A stretch of DNA of 64,000 bases from positions 36,937,703 to 37,001,702 of the forward strand of contig CP154954.1 of assembly GCA_039621445.1 (NCBI GenBank), read 5' to 3'. A program made the translations under genes and the position numbers. Source of the DNA: Euglena gracilis. Its lineage: Eukaryota. This document shows, in pieces, positions 25,482 to 36,700 of the stretch. Positions within the stretch are counted from its first letter, which is position 1. Each line of letters begins with the position of its first letter. A model generated the notes under the pieces. It made no database searches, had not been told where the DNA came from, and was given only the letters and a program-made list of their open reading frames with translations.

Positions 25482-28400
25482 ATGCTGCCTGGGCGCGGAC
25501 CTGGACCAGGTCCACCATGGCCGCAGCCTTCTGGCGCGCCATACCCCCAGTACCCTCAGTATGCTGAGGCCCCGATTCCGGGTGCCCCACATGCTGAGAG
25601 GGTTTCAGCCCCGGTATTCGCCGCGGCTACCAGCAGCCGGTCCGCATATGCGGTACCAGATCCATCTGCCGTCCAGCAGCCGGCACCTCAGCCACCAGCG
25701 CAGCGCAGATCGCGCCTGCCCCCGTATGCGGGAGAGATGATCTTCCGCACTACGGAGACGTTGGAGCGGGCGATGCGTATGTGCGCACACCCCCCAACGG
25801 AGCCCTTTATGCAAGCCCTTTGGGATGCATACTGTGCTCAGTTGTTGGTGGTAGCCAACACCCCTGTGGCTCAGTGGTGTCCCTGTGGTCAGGCCCTGAT
25901 GACAGGGAGACGGTATTTCTCGTCCGCAGCCGATTCCGGCTTCGAACCCGGCGAGACCATGATGGACCTGGGCGTGTATGTGCCGCCCATGCTGCAAACG
26001 GAGACGCCGGTGGGATCCCACACCGTGCATATGCGTGAGCACACGCCCCCACCGGTAGGTGAGGCTGTGCATGTCCCACCTGGGATGACGAGAATTTTTG
26101 CTCGCCCGCCCTCGCCGCAGCGAATGCCGCCGCGCGAGCCGCCAGCGGAGCAATTTGTCTCGCGGTACGCGACGCACACGGATTACCCGCGCGGCGCACG
26201 CGTGCTCCCAGCCGGACAGTCGGACGTGCCCTCTGAGGCATACGTCCAACACATGTTCATGCACTGGATGCCACAAGCATCACCGGTCGCCCCTGTCCCT
26301 GGCGTTGAGCCACGGCGGCAGGTGGAGCCCATAGTGGTGGAGGATGAACCTCCCCGCCATGCGGCAACTCGACCGCCCAGTGCACCTCCTGTCCAACCCG
26401 GGGATGTCCCGCGTCGGCAGGAGGCTCCCTACTACCACATGGCACCTCCGGGAACCGAGCAGGATGAGCTTGCTCGGCATTTCCTGCAGGAGCCAGTCAC
26501 GTCTGAAGAGCACCGGGCGAGGTATTACTCCTCGCTGGCCGCCCTTCAGGGCCGTGGATACACCCCGTACCATCCGTACCAACCGCAGCTGCGGGTGGCG
26601 ACCCCGGTATTACCCGGTGAGCCCCCGGCAGGAGCGGCAGGATTACCTGCCACCCTGAAGCGCGATAGGGTTACGGAGAACCTTACCCCACAGCCCAGGC
26701 GACCCAGCCCACGGGACGCGGAAGGCGGTGCGGCAATGCAGGTGGAAGCCAGCCAGGATACCCCGGCTGGGCAACCACCGGCAGTGGCACAGGCAGCGAT
26801 GAGCCGTCCTGTTGCCGCAATGCCACCGCCGATCCCTCCGGTATGGAAGGAGCCGCGACCCCCTACGCCGAAACCAAGCCCACGCCAGGCTCCTAGCCAG
26901 CGCCCAGCCACGCCGTCACCGCGACGTGCAGCGGAACGGCAAGGTCCCTCCCCAGAGATGGAATGGGAAGGTACCGAACCGACTCCTGCCGCACCGAGCG
27001 CCCGACCCTCTGGTATTCGCCAGACAGGGAAGGACAAAGGTAAGGCTGAGGGCAAAGGCAAGGGAGAAGGCAAAGGCGTGGCCGGCAAAGGTAAGGGTGA
27101 GGGCAAGGGTAAGGGTACAGCCCGTGAGGAGGAGGAAGAACCAGCAGAAGTCCTCTCGGACTTTGAGCAAATGCTCAGGTTCAAGGAGGAGCTGGAGGAC
27201 GAAGGCTGGCGAATGCAGCATGATTACCATGTTGCAGGAAACCGCCCCGTCACCCCTCCGGAGGCAGTCATCGAGGTGGTATTACACCACACCGAGAACA
27301 GAGTCAGACAATTCCATTACGGAATTGACCTGTACGCCTTCGAAGGTGAAGGTGGCAGACCCTTGCTGGATATCCAGCCGGGTTTCTGGGAACTCTGGTT
27401 TTGGCTGGGATACCCCTGCCAGAACTGGGGTCTCTTCAGCGACTCCACTGGCCGCAGTTACCTGCACCAGTTAGGATTTCGGGACCAGCATGTGTTGGCC
27501 CGAAGGCTGAAGGCAATCTTCGACTGTATTCACACAGTCGGGCCCCTCGGTGTGCAGTGGAAATACTACCCACTGAACCCCGACATCGAACGCCTGATCG
27601 AGGTGTTGTGGTGCAACAACCTCCAGGTGTGGCTGGTGAGCCATTACGGCTCCACCTTCCGCGTTAGGCGTGTTTCCCTGGCTTACCCACAGAGGTATGA
27701 CCTCTGTTGTAAGTACTGCCGGCAGGAATTTCCTGTCGACTTCTGGGGATTCGGCGTGCGCGGAAGTCCTCCACCGCCTCGGGATAACCCGGGCCTGGAG
27801 ATGGGACGCCGCATGCTTATGCATGTGTGCCGCGACGCCCCGGATGTCCAGGGCAAAAGTCGCCGCGTCCATAAGCAGCGTATTTTTATGCTGCAACAGT
27901 TCTGGTGGCGAGCCTGGACCACCTACGTCATGGAGGTGTATATACATCTCCGTGACCCCCAGGACGATAGGCCTGGTATGGAAAGCTTGCCACCAGACTA
28001 CGGCGACCCCGTTGAGGGACCTCGTCGTCGTCGGGTTATCGCCGACCTGCGCCCCAACTGGCACCTGGCCGGGATAGACCTGGAGGAACATTTGAGGCGA
28101 CAGTTTGGCGGTACCCTCGACAGGGAGGTATTCCTCCAGCTGATGAATCACCCGAAGGCCATCCTCGACCTGGGTATGCCGATTCTGGCATGCGTGCAGG
28201 AGTTCGAGGACGGGTTTTTCGAGGTCTGGGAAGACACGCGTTACCGCGGCTTCCTGGGCCCGAACAGGCCTGCAAACGCTTGGGTGCAGCCATCATGGCC
28301 GCCACCCTGGCCCAACAGCGCCAGTAGCAGTACGCTGGCCTTTTACAGGCTGGCGGATGCCCAGGGATGCCGATGGCACCCGACGATCCTCGTTCGCCCG

Positions 28401-28649
28401 AGGATCTGCGCGCCTTCATCGCCCCAGAGGATGAACCTCTGGCGCGAAGGAGACGGGAGGCGTCAGTCGCTTCCACCACCGCGATTCCGCGGCGGGAGGA
28501 ACGCGACCGCAGCCCCTCCGTCACCATACTGGAGGCAGCGCCGCCGTCTCCGACAGGAACGGCTGTATCATTCGTCTCTGCCCCGCGAGCGGCAGGGGAA
28601 CGATCGGTTTCCCCGGCCCCCGCGACGGCTCCCGTCTGTCCACCGGTAG
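25482..28649 (+). CDS. Extra 3' ORF of element B, part 1 (Pro-rich, GK repeats, globular W/C/H-rich domain; unknown function)
   Basis: 1055-aa ORF inside the LTR boundaries, preceded by a polypyrimidine-CAG acceptor-like site at 25380. Confidence 0.7.
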   Translation: MLPGRGPGPGPPWPQPSGAPYPQYPQYAEAPIPGAPHAERVSAPVFAAATSSRSAYAVPDPSAVQQPAPQPPAQRRSRLPPYAGEMIFRTTETLERAMRMCAHPPTEPFMQALWDAYCAQLLVVANTPVAQWCPCGQALMTGRRYFSSAADSGFEPGETMMDLGVYVPPMLQTETPVGSHTVHMREHTPPPVGEAVHVPPGMTRIFARPPSPQRMPPREPPAEQFVSRYATHTDYPRGARVLPAGQSDVPSEAYVQHMFMHWMPQASPVAPVPGVEPRRQVEPIVVEDEPPRHAATRPPSAPPVQPGDVPRRQEAPYYHMAPPGTEQDELARHFLQEPVTSEEHRARYYSSLAALQGRGYTPYHPYQPQLRVATPVLPGEPPAGAAGLPATLKRDRVTENLTPQPRRPSPRDAEGGAAMQVEASQDTPAGQPPAVAQAAMSRPVAAMPPPIPPVWKEPRPPTPKPSPRQAPSQRPATPSPRRAAERQGPSPEMEWEGTEPTPAAPSARPSGIRQTGKDKGKAEGKGKGEGKGVAGKGKGEGKGKGTAREEEEEPAEVLSDFEQMLRFKEELEDEGWRMQHDYHVAGNRPVTPPEAVIEVVLHHTENRVRQFHYGIDLYAFEGEGGRPLLDIQPGFWELWFWLGYPCQNWGLFSDSTGRSYLHQLGFRDQHVLARRLKAIFDCIHTVGPLGVQWKYYPLNPDIERLIEVLWCNNLQVWLVSHYGSTFRVRRVSLAYPQRYDLCCKYCRQEFPVDFWGFGVRGSPPPPRDNPGLEMGRRMLMHVCRDAPDVQGKSRRVHKQRIFMLQQFWWRAWTTYVMEVYIHLRDPQDDRPGMESLPPDYGDPVEGPRRRRVIADLRPNWHLAGIDLEEHLRRQFGGTLDREVFLQLMNHPKAILDLGMPILACVQEFEDGFFEVWEDTRYRGFLGPNRPANAWVQPSWPPPWPNSASSSTLAFYRLADAQGCRWHPTILVRPRICAPSSPQRMNLWREGDGRRQSLPPPRFRGGRNATAAPPSPYWRQRRRLRQERLYHSSLPRERQGNDRFPRPPRRLPSVHR

Positions 28650-30997
28650 GTGGAGACCAGGAACTTCCTGAGGAGGAAGGTGAGAACGTGGAGGATATCC
28701 TCTACGCTGCTCTGCATGCTCCGGCACAGCCTCGGCCAGACGAAGCACCCGCAGGGGATATACCTGTGGCTGCAACGCCTGTCCCGACGGCTGAGCCTCC
28801 AGCCGAGGTGACTGGTATGGTCGTCGAGGATATCCTCGAAGAACCTGCCAGTCCCACAGCACGCACCTCGTTAGGAGGCCGTGTGCTCGGCGCCGTGGTC
28901 ACTGGCATTACTGCCGTGGCTGCTGCACTAACGCCACGAGGTGGAGGCGTAGCATCAAGCTCCGCCGCAGAGGTCGTGGAGACACCAGATGTCGGTATCC
29001 CCACACCCCCATCTCCGGCAGAAGTGCAACCATCTTCAGGGGATGAACCCCAACCGACAGAGACATCTGTCGCACCGGCTACACCGGAGGATCAACCTCC
29101 CGTAGCACCTGCGCCAGCGGTTGTGGAGGATCAACCTCCTAGACCGGATGTCGAAATGGAAGTGGAGGAGATACCCCCACGACCACCGACACCGCGCAGG
29201 GTCCCTGCCGTCCCGAGGACAATGGCAGAGTTTCTGGGAGCGCCAGCGCCTGTGGAAGCACCGATTCCGGTGACGACCACAGTGCCACGCCTCGTCGGAC
29301 AGGATGAACCTGCTCGGCGACGGCCGGCTGAAAAACCCCAGGAACGTGTGCCGACCCCTCGGAGCGTCATGCGCGACCGAGCGGTCAGTATGCCCGCTTC
29401 GCCCAGACAGCAAACGTCTACTCCGGCACCATCGGCTCCTGGTACCAGGAGTAAGCCGCAGGCGTCGTCTCCTGATTCCGGGAGTGCGAAGCCGAAAGGA
29501 GGCAAACCGGGTGCTGCACCCTGTAAGCCCCCTTCCAAAGGCGGTGATGGGAAACCACCACCGAAAGGTGGCGCTGGAGGTCAGACTGGCGGACAGCCGA
29601 AAGGCCCTACGACAATGCACGACTATTCGGCCGTTGCATCGTCCGGGTACGGCCAGAGCAAACCGAAAGGTAAGGCTCGTGGTCGACAGGCCCAGTCTTC
29701 CTCCGGATCGACGGATGAGGAGTAGAATGAACCTGCTTCACCTCCTGTGTCTGCGGATGCCCAGCTCTGGACCCAGGATATCCTGACCAGACTAGGCACC
29801 GTGGAAGAGAGGACGAAGAAACTGGCTGCTATTAGGCACCAGACAGGGTCACTGAATCGATGGATTCAGCCCCTCTTCGTCCGCGGAGAACCTTTCCACT
29901 ATGTCCCGGAACATACCTGGACATTCTGGAACAGGCGCTCACCCAGAGTACTGGCACAGTACTTTGGCGAGGACTGCGTGTTGGATTTCCAGCACGGCAC
30001 GTCCTTTGCCTGGACGTGCACCGTGTGCCACCATGTGCGGCACAACCAACCGCTTGTGCATGTGTGCAAGCGGCAGGTGCAATCCTCGTGGTTCCATCAC
30101 AGGGCATATGTGCCGAACTGTGTGGCGCTCGTATGTGGCGAGTGCCTGAATGCCTGGAAGCACAGCTTGAACTACTCCTACAGTGAGAATGCTCACGACA
30201 GGGATATCCCTGCCTTGTGCATCAACTGTATAGGAGGCAAGTTCGTGCAGACTGCTGATGGAGCAGTCACCACCATTGTCCCCCAGCACTGGGAGACACT
30301 GGAGAAGTGGAAGAAGGAGTACAAGCAGGTGGAAGGCCGCCTGAAGCACTCCGACTTCAAAAAGGTAGAAAGCTACCGCCACACGGGAATGGCCCGTGAG
30401 TTCCAGATCGACGCTGGGGCAATGCGCCTCGCCGTCGAGGAACACGCCAAGGTAAGAATGCCTTACCTCTGGACTGATGGCGACTGGGAGACACAGGTTT
30501 ACCCCCTGTTCTCCAAGCGTCAGCATGGCGGATACGCCTTGCCACTGTGGCCTCCTGAAGAACACGATTTGGTGGACTTCAGAGGTTGGTTGGCGGCTGT
30601 ATTACGGCCCCATACCGCAAGAGCTCGGACAGCGAGGTGGATGTATGACATCAACTTCAAGCAGACCCCGGGGATGCCCCCGCAGGTGCCTGCGAATCAC
30701 CCCCGGATGAATTACATCATCTGGCCGGTGATGCTGCCCAGAATTTTCTGGGAGCAACTCCAACGGTATCTTCAGCATCATGCTGAACGTACCAGGGAGA
30801 AGCTGCCGGATAATTGGATCAAGGACTGGGAGACCCCTTCCTTTGATGTCAACGATGCGGAGCTCAACACCATTCGGAGTGAATCAGCTCCGCCGCGTTC
30901 CCCACGCCAACTGGAGTTGGTTGAGGACCCATTAGGGGACCCCCAACACGACTACTGGCGTGAAGTCCGCGAACGTGCAGCCGATAAAGGCAGGTGA
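28367..30997 (+). CDS. Extra 3' ORF of element B, part 2 (acidic/Pro-rich linker, in-frame TAG at 29723, RING-like Cys/His domain)
   Basis: ORFs 28367-29725 and 29747-30997 share a frame. Motif spacing is CTVC...HVC...H...C...CGEC...CINC. Confidence 0.65.
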
Positions 30998-31810
30998 GGT
31001 GTCTGTCAGCGCCAATGCGGCGTCTTTCAGCACCCTCGTCAGGTATTCGCCTGACACCCTGTTTGGGTATTCGCCCGAACAGCCCTTTCGAAGACCCTTT
31101 GCGGTGTTCGCCGCTAGTAAGTTCCCACCGGGATGCTGCCATGTGCAGGATTCCGTGCGCATGCATGCACACCCTTCTCCCCTCTCCCCTCTCGCGGGCG
31201 TGCGACACGCAGCGCACAGGGCCGACGGCCTCTTTTCCTTTCCCTCTCTTTTCTTTTCGGCCGTTTGAGGCCTTAAGGCTGCCAGACAGCACCATTTTTC
31301 TGGCCTAAGACAACCCCCCACTCCTCTCTACTTTCCCCCCGGGGCAAGTGCTGTCGCCGGCAGTTGGTTTTGTAGAGTAGGATTGCCTTTTGCGTGGTCA
31401 GATTTGACTGGCCATGCGCCCTGCCCAGGTTTGACTGGTCAGAGGCCCCCTCCTTCCACACCCTCCCCATGGGTTTTCCTGGAATGCCCATGGACCAACC
31501 CCACGTGCCTTTGGCACACCCAAACTGGGTGGATGGGTTTGCTTGGCAAGGAAACCTGCCAGCCCCATTTTCGCCAGTGGGCTATAATATACTATATACC
31601 CATAAGCCACCGCAGAATAGGTGAAACCATTTTGCGCGTTTTGGGCTTTTTGGGTCCCCTCCTTTCCGCCCCCCCCCCCTTTGAGTGGACCCCTGTGCGA
31701 CGGAAAGGGCCCCTGTGGATGCGCAAGGGTGCACCTCCCACAGACCAGGTCTGTGTCCAACGACCCTGTGGCCAGAATGCCTGGTCCAAAGGGGAAATCG
31801 GGCATAGCCC

Positions 31811-31821
31811 TGGGAGGGGGA
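31811..31821 (+). promoter_or_regulatory. Polypurine tract of element B
   Basis: TGGGAGGGGGA immediately precedes the 3' LTR. Confidence 0.85.
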
Positions 31822-32137
31822 TGTGTACCAGGCGTATGCTTCTGTCCCCTTCCGTTGAGGAAGTTAGGATGGAAGCAGATCCTATTAGGATCTCCTAATG
31901 GGTGCCCCTTCTCTCTCCACAGGTGGTATTCTTCTTTATACCTTTTCCTTCCTTTCCATCGGACCGGACTTGGTTATCCAGTCCGTACTCCCTGCATTGC
32001 TCCGTGCTTTGCTTCTTGGGAAGTGGGAAAAGGGTTTTTACTGTTACTCTGATTTTCAGTTCCCAAGTAGGTGCGCCAAGGCGAAAGCGAAGGCTTTTGG
32101 GAATTGGGAAAGGGGAATTGGGAATCAGACGTACACT
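31822..32137 (+). repeat. 3' LTR of element B
   Basis: Direct repeat of the 5' LTR, followed by TSD AGAAG. Confidence 0.95.
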
Positions 32138-32142
32138 AGAAG

Positions 32143-32467
32143 ACCAGATAGGCCAAACAGGGGCATTAAGCCCTATGGTATGTCTTCCAACAACAAGATC
32201 ATCCAGAGAGGTGAGCAGAGAGGGAGAGAGTGCATGCACATCCCCCCAGAAAAATTTTCTTTTTCCAAGGGCCCAAGCCCTAGAGGACCTAGGGGTGCAA
32301 TGTCCAACACCCCCAACCAAGCCCCCCCAGAATCATCTTATCCAGAAAATAAATTCAATGGAGGAAACATGGGGAGACACCCTCCTCCATCAAAGGCTGC
32401 AAAAAAGCCCAAAATGTCCAGCCCCCCCAGCCCAGCCCCCCCAAAATCATCTAATCCAAGAAATTAA
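32143..32467 (+). CDS. DIRS ORF1, segment 3 of 3
   Basis: The three segments sum to 290+663+325=1278 nt and give an open 425-aa frame. Confidence 0.7.
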
Positions 32468-33930
32468 TTCCATGCAGGAAAAGTGGGGAGACACCCCCCC
32501 CATCAAAGGCTACAAAAGAGCCTGAAATGGTGGAGAAAAAATGCCCCCCCCCAACAACGTGTCAACTAATCAGGGATGGCATTCAAACCCCTTGGGTGAA
32601 CCCACCAAATTGTCCACCCACCCAAAACCCAGGGCAAATTTGAACCTGCACCAAGCAGAAAAAATACTCCTGGATTACGAAAAATGTGGATCCGTAAAGA
32701 GGGTGAGGGATTCAACCACCCAGCATCTAATCCCCTGGTTTCTGATTTCGAAACCAGAAGGGGAACAGACAAAATGGAGACTAATAAGCGATTGCAGGGA
32801 AACAAATCAAAGGTTCCAAGTGAAACCTTTCAAGCTAAGCTGGATCACATCCAGCACATTTTTCCAGTTTTGCAAAAAGGCCACTGGGCATCCAAAATAG
32901 ATTTAAAGGATGCTGACTTCCACATCCCAGTGAGCCCGGCCCTAAGGCCTTTTCTAAGGCATCAGGTGGGGGGGCAGAACTGGGAATTACAGGCAGGCTG
33001 TTTTGGCCTGAATGTAATGCCCCGGATTTCTATGTCAGTAGTGAAGACATTCGAAAAGCTGTGGAGGAAAATGGCATCCAGGTATTTATTTACCTGGACG
33101 ACATTTTACTGGTGGCCCCAACGCAAAACATCTTACAAAATCACCTGAACACAGTGGTCAGGGATTTAATTAAATCAGGATTCAAACTCAATGTGAAAAA
33201 GTCCACCCTGGAGCCCACCCAAATCGTAAATCATCTTGGATCTCAACTAAACTTCCAAGAGGGAAAATTACAGGTTCCCCTCCCAGAAAATAAAAACAGT
33301 AAAAAAGGAGCTGGGAAAAATGGTGAAAAAAGGTTACATGTCAAAAAGGCAACTGGCTGCCATTTTGGGCCAAATCAGATGCAATATAATGGCCTTGCCA
33401 TTTCTAAGGGCCTTTACGGATGCCCTGGCAATTTTTTTAGTGGAAAATTCCACAGGCCCCTGGGACTCAAAACATCCCATTTCCCAAAGAATAAAGGACC
33501 AATTAAGGGAAATAAAAATTCTGCTGTACACCTGGGGCGGCAGACCCTTCCCCCAAAGTGCAACCAGGGAGTTGCACTCAGACAGCAGCACCCATGCCTG
33601 GGGAGGGGGGGCTGGACATTCGAAAAGGCAAAATTGTGCAAGAATTTTGGAGGGAAAAATCCATTTTGCACATAAATGTCAAAGAATTAAGTGCAGCAAT
33701 AAGCACAGTTCAAAGCCTCAGCCAGCCAGGAGAAACTGTGTCCCTGTCAGTGGAGAATCAATTAATTTACTATTACTTAACAAAAGGGGGGGGGCAGAAA
33801 AGACCCCTTCAATTCCATGCTAAGGCCCTTTTTCAAATGGTGCATGAAGCACAACATAAACCTGCAAGTAAAGTGGGTCCCATCAAAGGAATGCCTGGCA
33901 GACCCCATAAGCAGGAGGGAAATGGACAGG
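32468..33930 (+). pseudogene. DIRS reverse transcriptase and RNase H (frameshifted)
   Basis: KWRLISDCRETN, SKIDLKDADFHIPV, CFGL, FIYLDDILL (33091), LHSDSSTHAWG, HINVKELSA, WVPSKECLADPISR. Confidence 0.9.
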
Positions 33931-34380
33931 GGGGATTATTCACTGGACCCCAAACTTTTTCAATGGCTGAGTCAGCAGTTCAAAAATGACATAAACATGA
34001 AAAAAGACCTTTCTGCCCCACCAGGCAACAAAAAACTGCCACAATTTGTGGCCAGGTGGCCCCACTGGGAAGCCACAGCAGTGGATGCGTTGCAATGTAC
34101 ACTGGACAACATGAGGGATCTTTATGCAAACCCCCCCTGGTCTGTAATTCAAAATTTTCTCCCCAGATTAAGAATGTTTCCAGAAGCCAAAGGTTTGATG
34201 GTCACCCCCTACTGGTATTCAGCCACATGGTGGCCACAGTTAATAAAACTGAAAGTACCAGGGACCCCCTGCCTGAAAATCACCCCTTACAAGGGTATGT
34301 TCACCAATTGCAGGAGGGAAAAAATGCCACCCCCCAGGTGGCCCCTGCTTTGCATGATTTGCTCAGGCAAATTTTGGTGG
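33931..34380 (+). pseudogene. DIRS Dam-like N6-adenine methyltransferase domain
   Basis: DYSLDPKLF...DLSA...N...VDAL...LYANPPWSVI...VTPYWYSATWW, in the usual DIRS position after RNase H. Confidence 0.85.
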
Positions 34381-34399
34381 GAAGCAAGTACAAAATTCG

Positions 34400-35230
34400 A
34401 CCATTAACGATTTCTGGGAAGAAACCCCAGTTTAAAGCGTTATCAAAGCGCTTTTACACTTTTATGGGCAATTTTGGACAATATGGGGGTACCCCCCCTT
34501 GAAGCCACCACTGACCAAGTGGTCGACGCTTTAATTCAACTATTTCAATTTTCAAAGGCCCAAGCACGCAATGCATACAGTGCTATGCTCTTGATCCCTG
34601 GCTTTGGAGGCCTGAGGCTTTGGAACCAAAATTTGGAGAAAAATGGTGTAATTTGGGATCCCCTCCCAATCCTCCTGGGGCTGGCACAGTCCCCCCTGCC
34701 CTCTGATATATGTAAATTGCGTACACGACTCATTTTCTGTTCACGAATCCTCTGCTTACACAGAAGTTCTATTTTGGCACAGGTCCAAAGAACCACCAGT
34801 GTGTTGGGGGGGGACCCTACATCAAAATTAAACGTAAAGGTCAAAAACTCCACAAGTGGGAGCGAGTTGTCTCCATTCCCCAGTGCCGCCAAATCAGCCC
34901 CTTTCATTTAATTATTGCATATGTGGCGGCAACACGTTTCTTTATGAAACCTGGGTGCCCCCTTTTAATTACGTTAAAACCCTCCTACAAAGCCATTAAG
35001 GCAGATACCATTGCTTCTATCACCAAAAACTTTTTGACCAAACAGGGGGTACCCCCCCAGGTTTGGGGACCCCACTCCACCAGAGGGGTTGGTTTGCTAA
35101 AAAAAATTGGGCCTTTCTGCCCAAGAAGTTTGTGAAATTGGTCAATGGAAGGGGGTGGAGGCTTTCACAGCCCATTATCAAAGACTTGGTGCCCAAGGTT
35201 CTTTGGAGAATGTCCTGGCCACCCTTTTTT
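34400..35230 (+). pseudogene. DIRS tyrosine recombinase (frameshifted)
   Basis: LCLHRSS (R), PHSTRG (HxxR, 35073), IGQWKGVEAFTAHY (W...Y). Confidence 0.85.
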
Positions 35231-35242
35231 CAGTGCACAATC

Positions 35243-35349
35243 TGGCCTCACAATGGCAAAGTGCGGAGCCCGAGGTGTCTCGTGCTCCCTCGAGGCAGGC
35301 CGAAAAGGGAGGAAGGGACACCAAGGACGAAGCACAAAGACATTGTGAG
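35243..35349 (+). repeat. DIRS internal complementary region
   Basis: Equals the reverse complement of the right-end/left-end circle junction. Confidence 0.85.
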
Positions 35350-35481
35350 CCCGAACCCCCCACCCATATACAAAAATTTGGCTTCAAACGCCCTCGGTCA
35401 GAAGATGGTGGCCAGGGGGGGGGGTGGGGGGAACCCCCGACAGAAAGAAACAGCGCCATGGTCGTCACGTCGGAGAGAACG

Positions 35482-35644
35482 CAGCCAACTCCGGCGAAAA
35501 AGGCACTAAGCGGGACCTCCTAACCCAGCGCAGCGAACAATCACACAACAAACCGCCGGCGAGCAAGGCATGGCCTCACAATGTCTTTGTGCTTCGCCCT
35601 CGGTGTCCCTTCATCACTTTTCGGCTTGCCTCGAGGGAGTTCGA
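35482..35644 (+). repeat. DIRS right terminal inverted repeat plus right extension
   Basis: Inverted copy of 7957-8055, followed by an inverted copy of 35285-35349. Confidence 0.85.
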
Positions 35645-35942
35645 TTTGCCCTTGTGAGGTCATGCTGTGTTTCGCCGGGTCCGGAGGTCCCGCTTATTCT
35701 TAAATTGCCCTTCGGCACCAAGAAGAAAGAAGCATCAAGCACTGCTCTAATCGCTGAAAAATAGGGCCATCAATCGTTCCGGAAGATTAAAAAAAAACAG
35801 AAAAATTTGACGAATGCGTAAGACTAATTTTTTGGACGGCAAAAAGAAACCACATCCTACTCGGTGGTAGAGCTCCGACCGGGGCTCTCATTTCACAGCC
35901 GGTTGGTGGAAAACACTGTGCGCTGCCCACGGGGTCCGTGTG

Positions 35943-36533
35943 TCAGGGTATCCCAAAAATTCCCCACTGTTTGAACATTTCTTTTCCAACCTTTTCTGCC
36001 GTGAGTCCCTTGGCCAGGTGGGGGGTTGCAACCATCCACACACTCAGCCTGTCCACACACAACGCCAACGTGTCGTATTTCTTCCCTTCAAAGGTCGTTT
36101 CAGGTAGTGAGAACAAGTCGATGGCAACACTGTCCATCAGGTGTGCAGGAATTGGTGTCGGTTCAATGGGGCACTTGTTTGGTAGGTGGCTGGGTTCTGT
36201 TGCTTGGCAGGTTTCACACATCGTCATCATTTTTCGTGAACAGAAAGCTACGGGTACTGTTTTCTTGGTCATGGCTGTTGTTGGGTCTGGGTTTTCTGCG
36301 GTGTCCTCCGCTAATTGTTCCAGAGCCGCACCTACGGCTCTGCCACTTGCATCCACCCTGAGTATGGACGGTTTGTCTGGGTTCACCGTTTGCAGTTTCA
36401 GGCTTCCCAGGAGATTTTCTTTGGTGGTCTGGAAGGATTTTCTCTCTTTTTCACCTAAAAACACAGGTGTCAGGCTTCCTTTCTTCCCCTGTCCCTTTTT
36501 TACCTTCAGTTTTTCCATCAGGTCTGCTGCCAA
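35943..36533 (-). pseudogene. Element C RNase H N-half fused by deletion to integrase core
   Basis: LRVDASGRAVGAALEQ...VAFCSRKM runs directly into CETCQ...VAIDLF...CVDRLS...FGIP. Confidence 0.85.
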
Positions 36534-36700
36534 TTCCGCCTACCCTGGGATGTATGAGGCGTAGTAGTTTGTGAATCCCAGGAATGCCCGCAGGGCTGTG
36601 ACCGTTTTTGGTTCCTTCCATTTGTCCAAGGCCATCAGTTTCCCAGGTGTAGGTTTTCCTTGTCCACCACCGAGCACGTGTCCACATAATCACACCTCAT

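Larger units (their letters stand above)
15573..32137 (+). mobile_element. Ty3/Gypsy chromovirus-like LTR retrotransposon B (16.5 kb)
   Basis: 316-bp LTRs at 15573-15888 and 31822-32137, TSD AGAAG (15568-15572, 32138-32142), PBS, PPT, and domain order gag-PR-MT-RT-RH-IN-chromo. Confidence 0.97.
7930..35644 (+). mobile_element. DIRS-type tyrosine-recombinase retrotransposon, interrupted by LTR elements A and B
   Basis: Left repeat 7957-8055 is inverted at 35482-35583. The ICR (35243-35349) is complementary to the left start (7934-7967) and to the right end (35576-35639). Domain order is ORF1, RT (YLDD), RNase H, MT (NPPW), YR (HSTRG...Y). Confidence 0.9.

Noticed and set aside
25482-30997. 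Calling the extra ORF env
   Set aside because: No evident signal peptide or transmembrane anchor.
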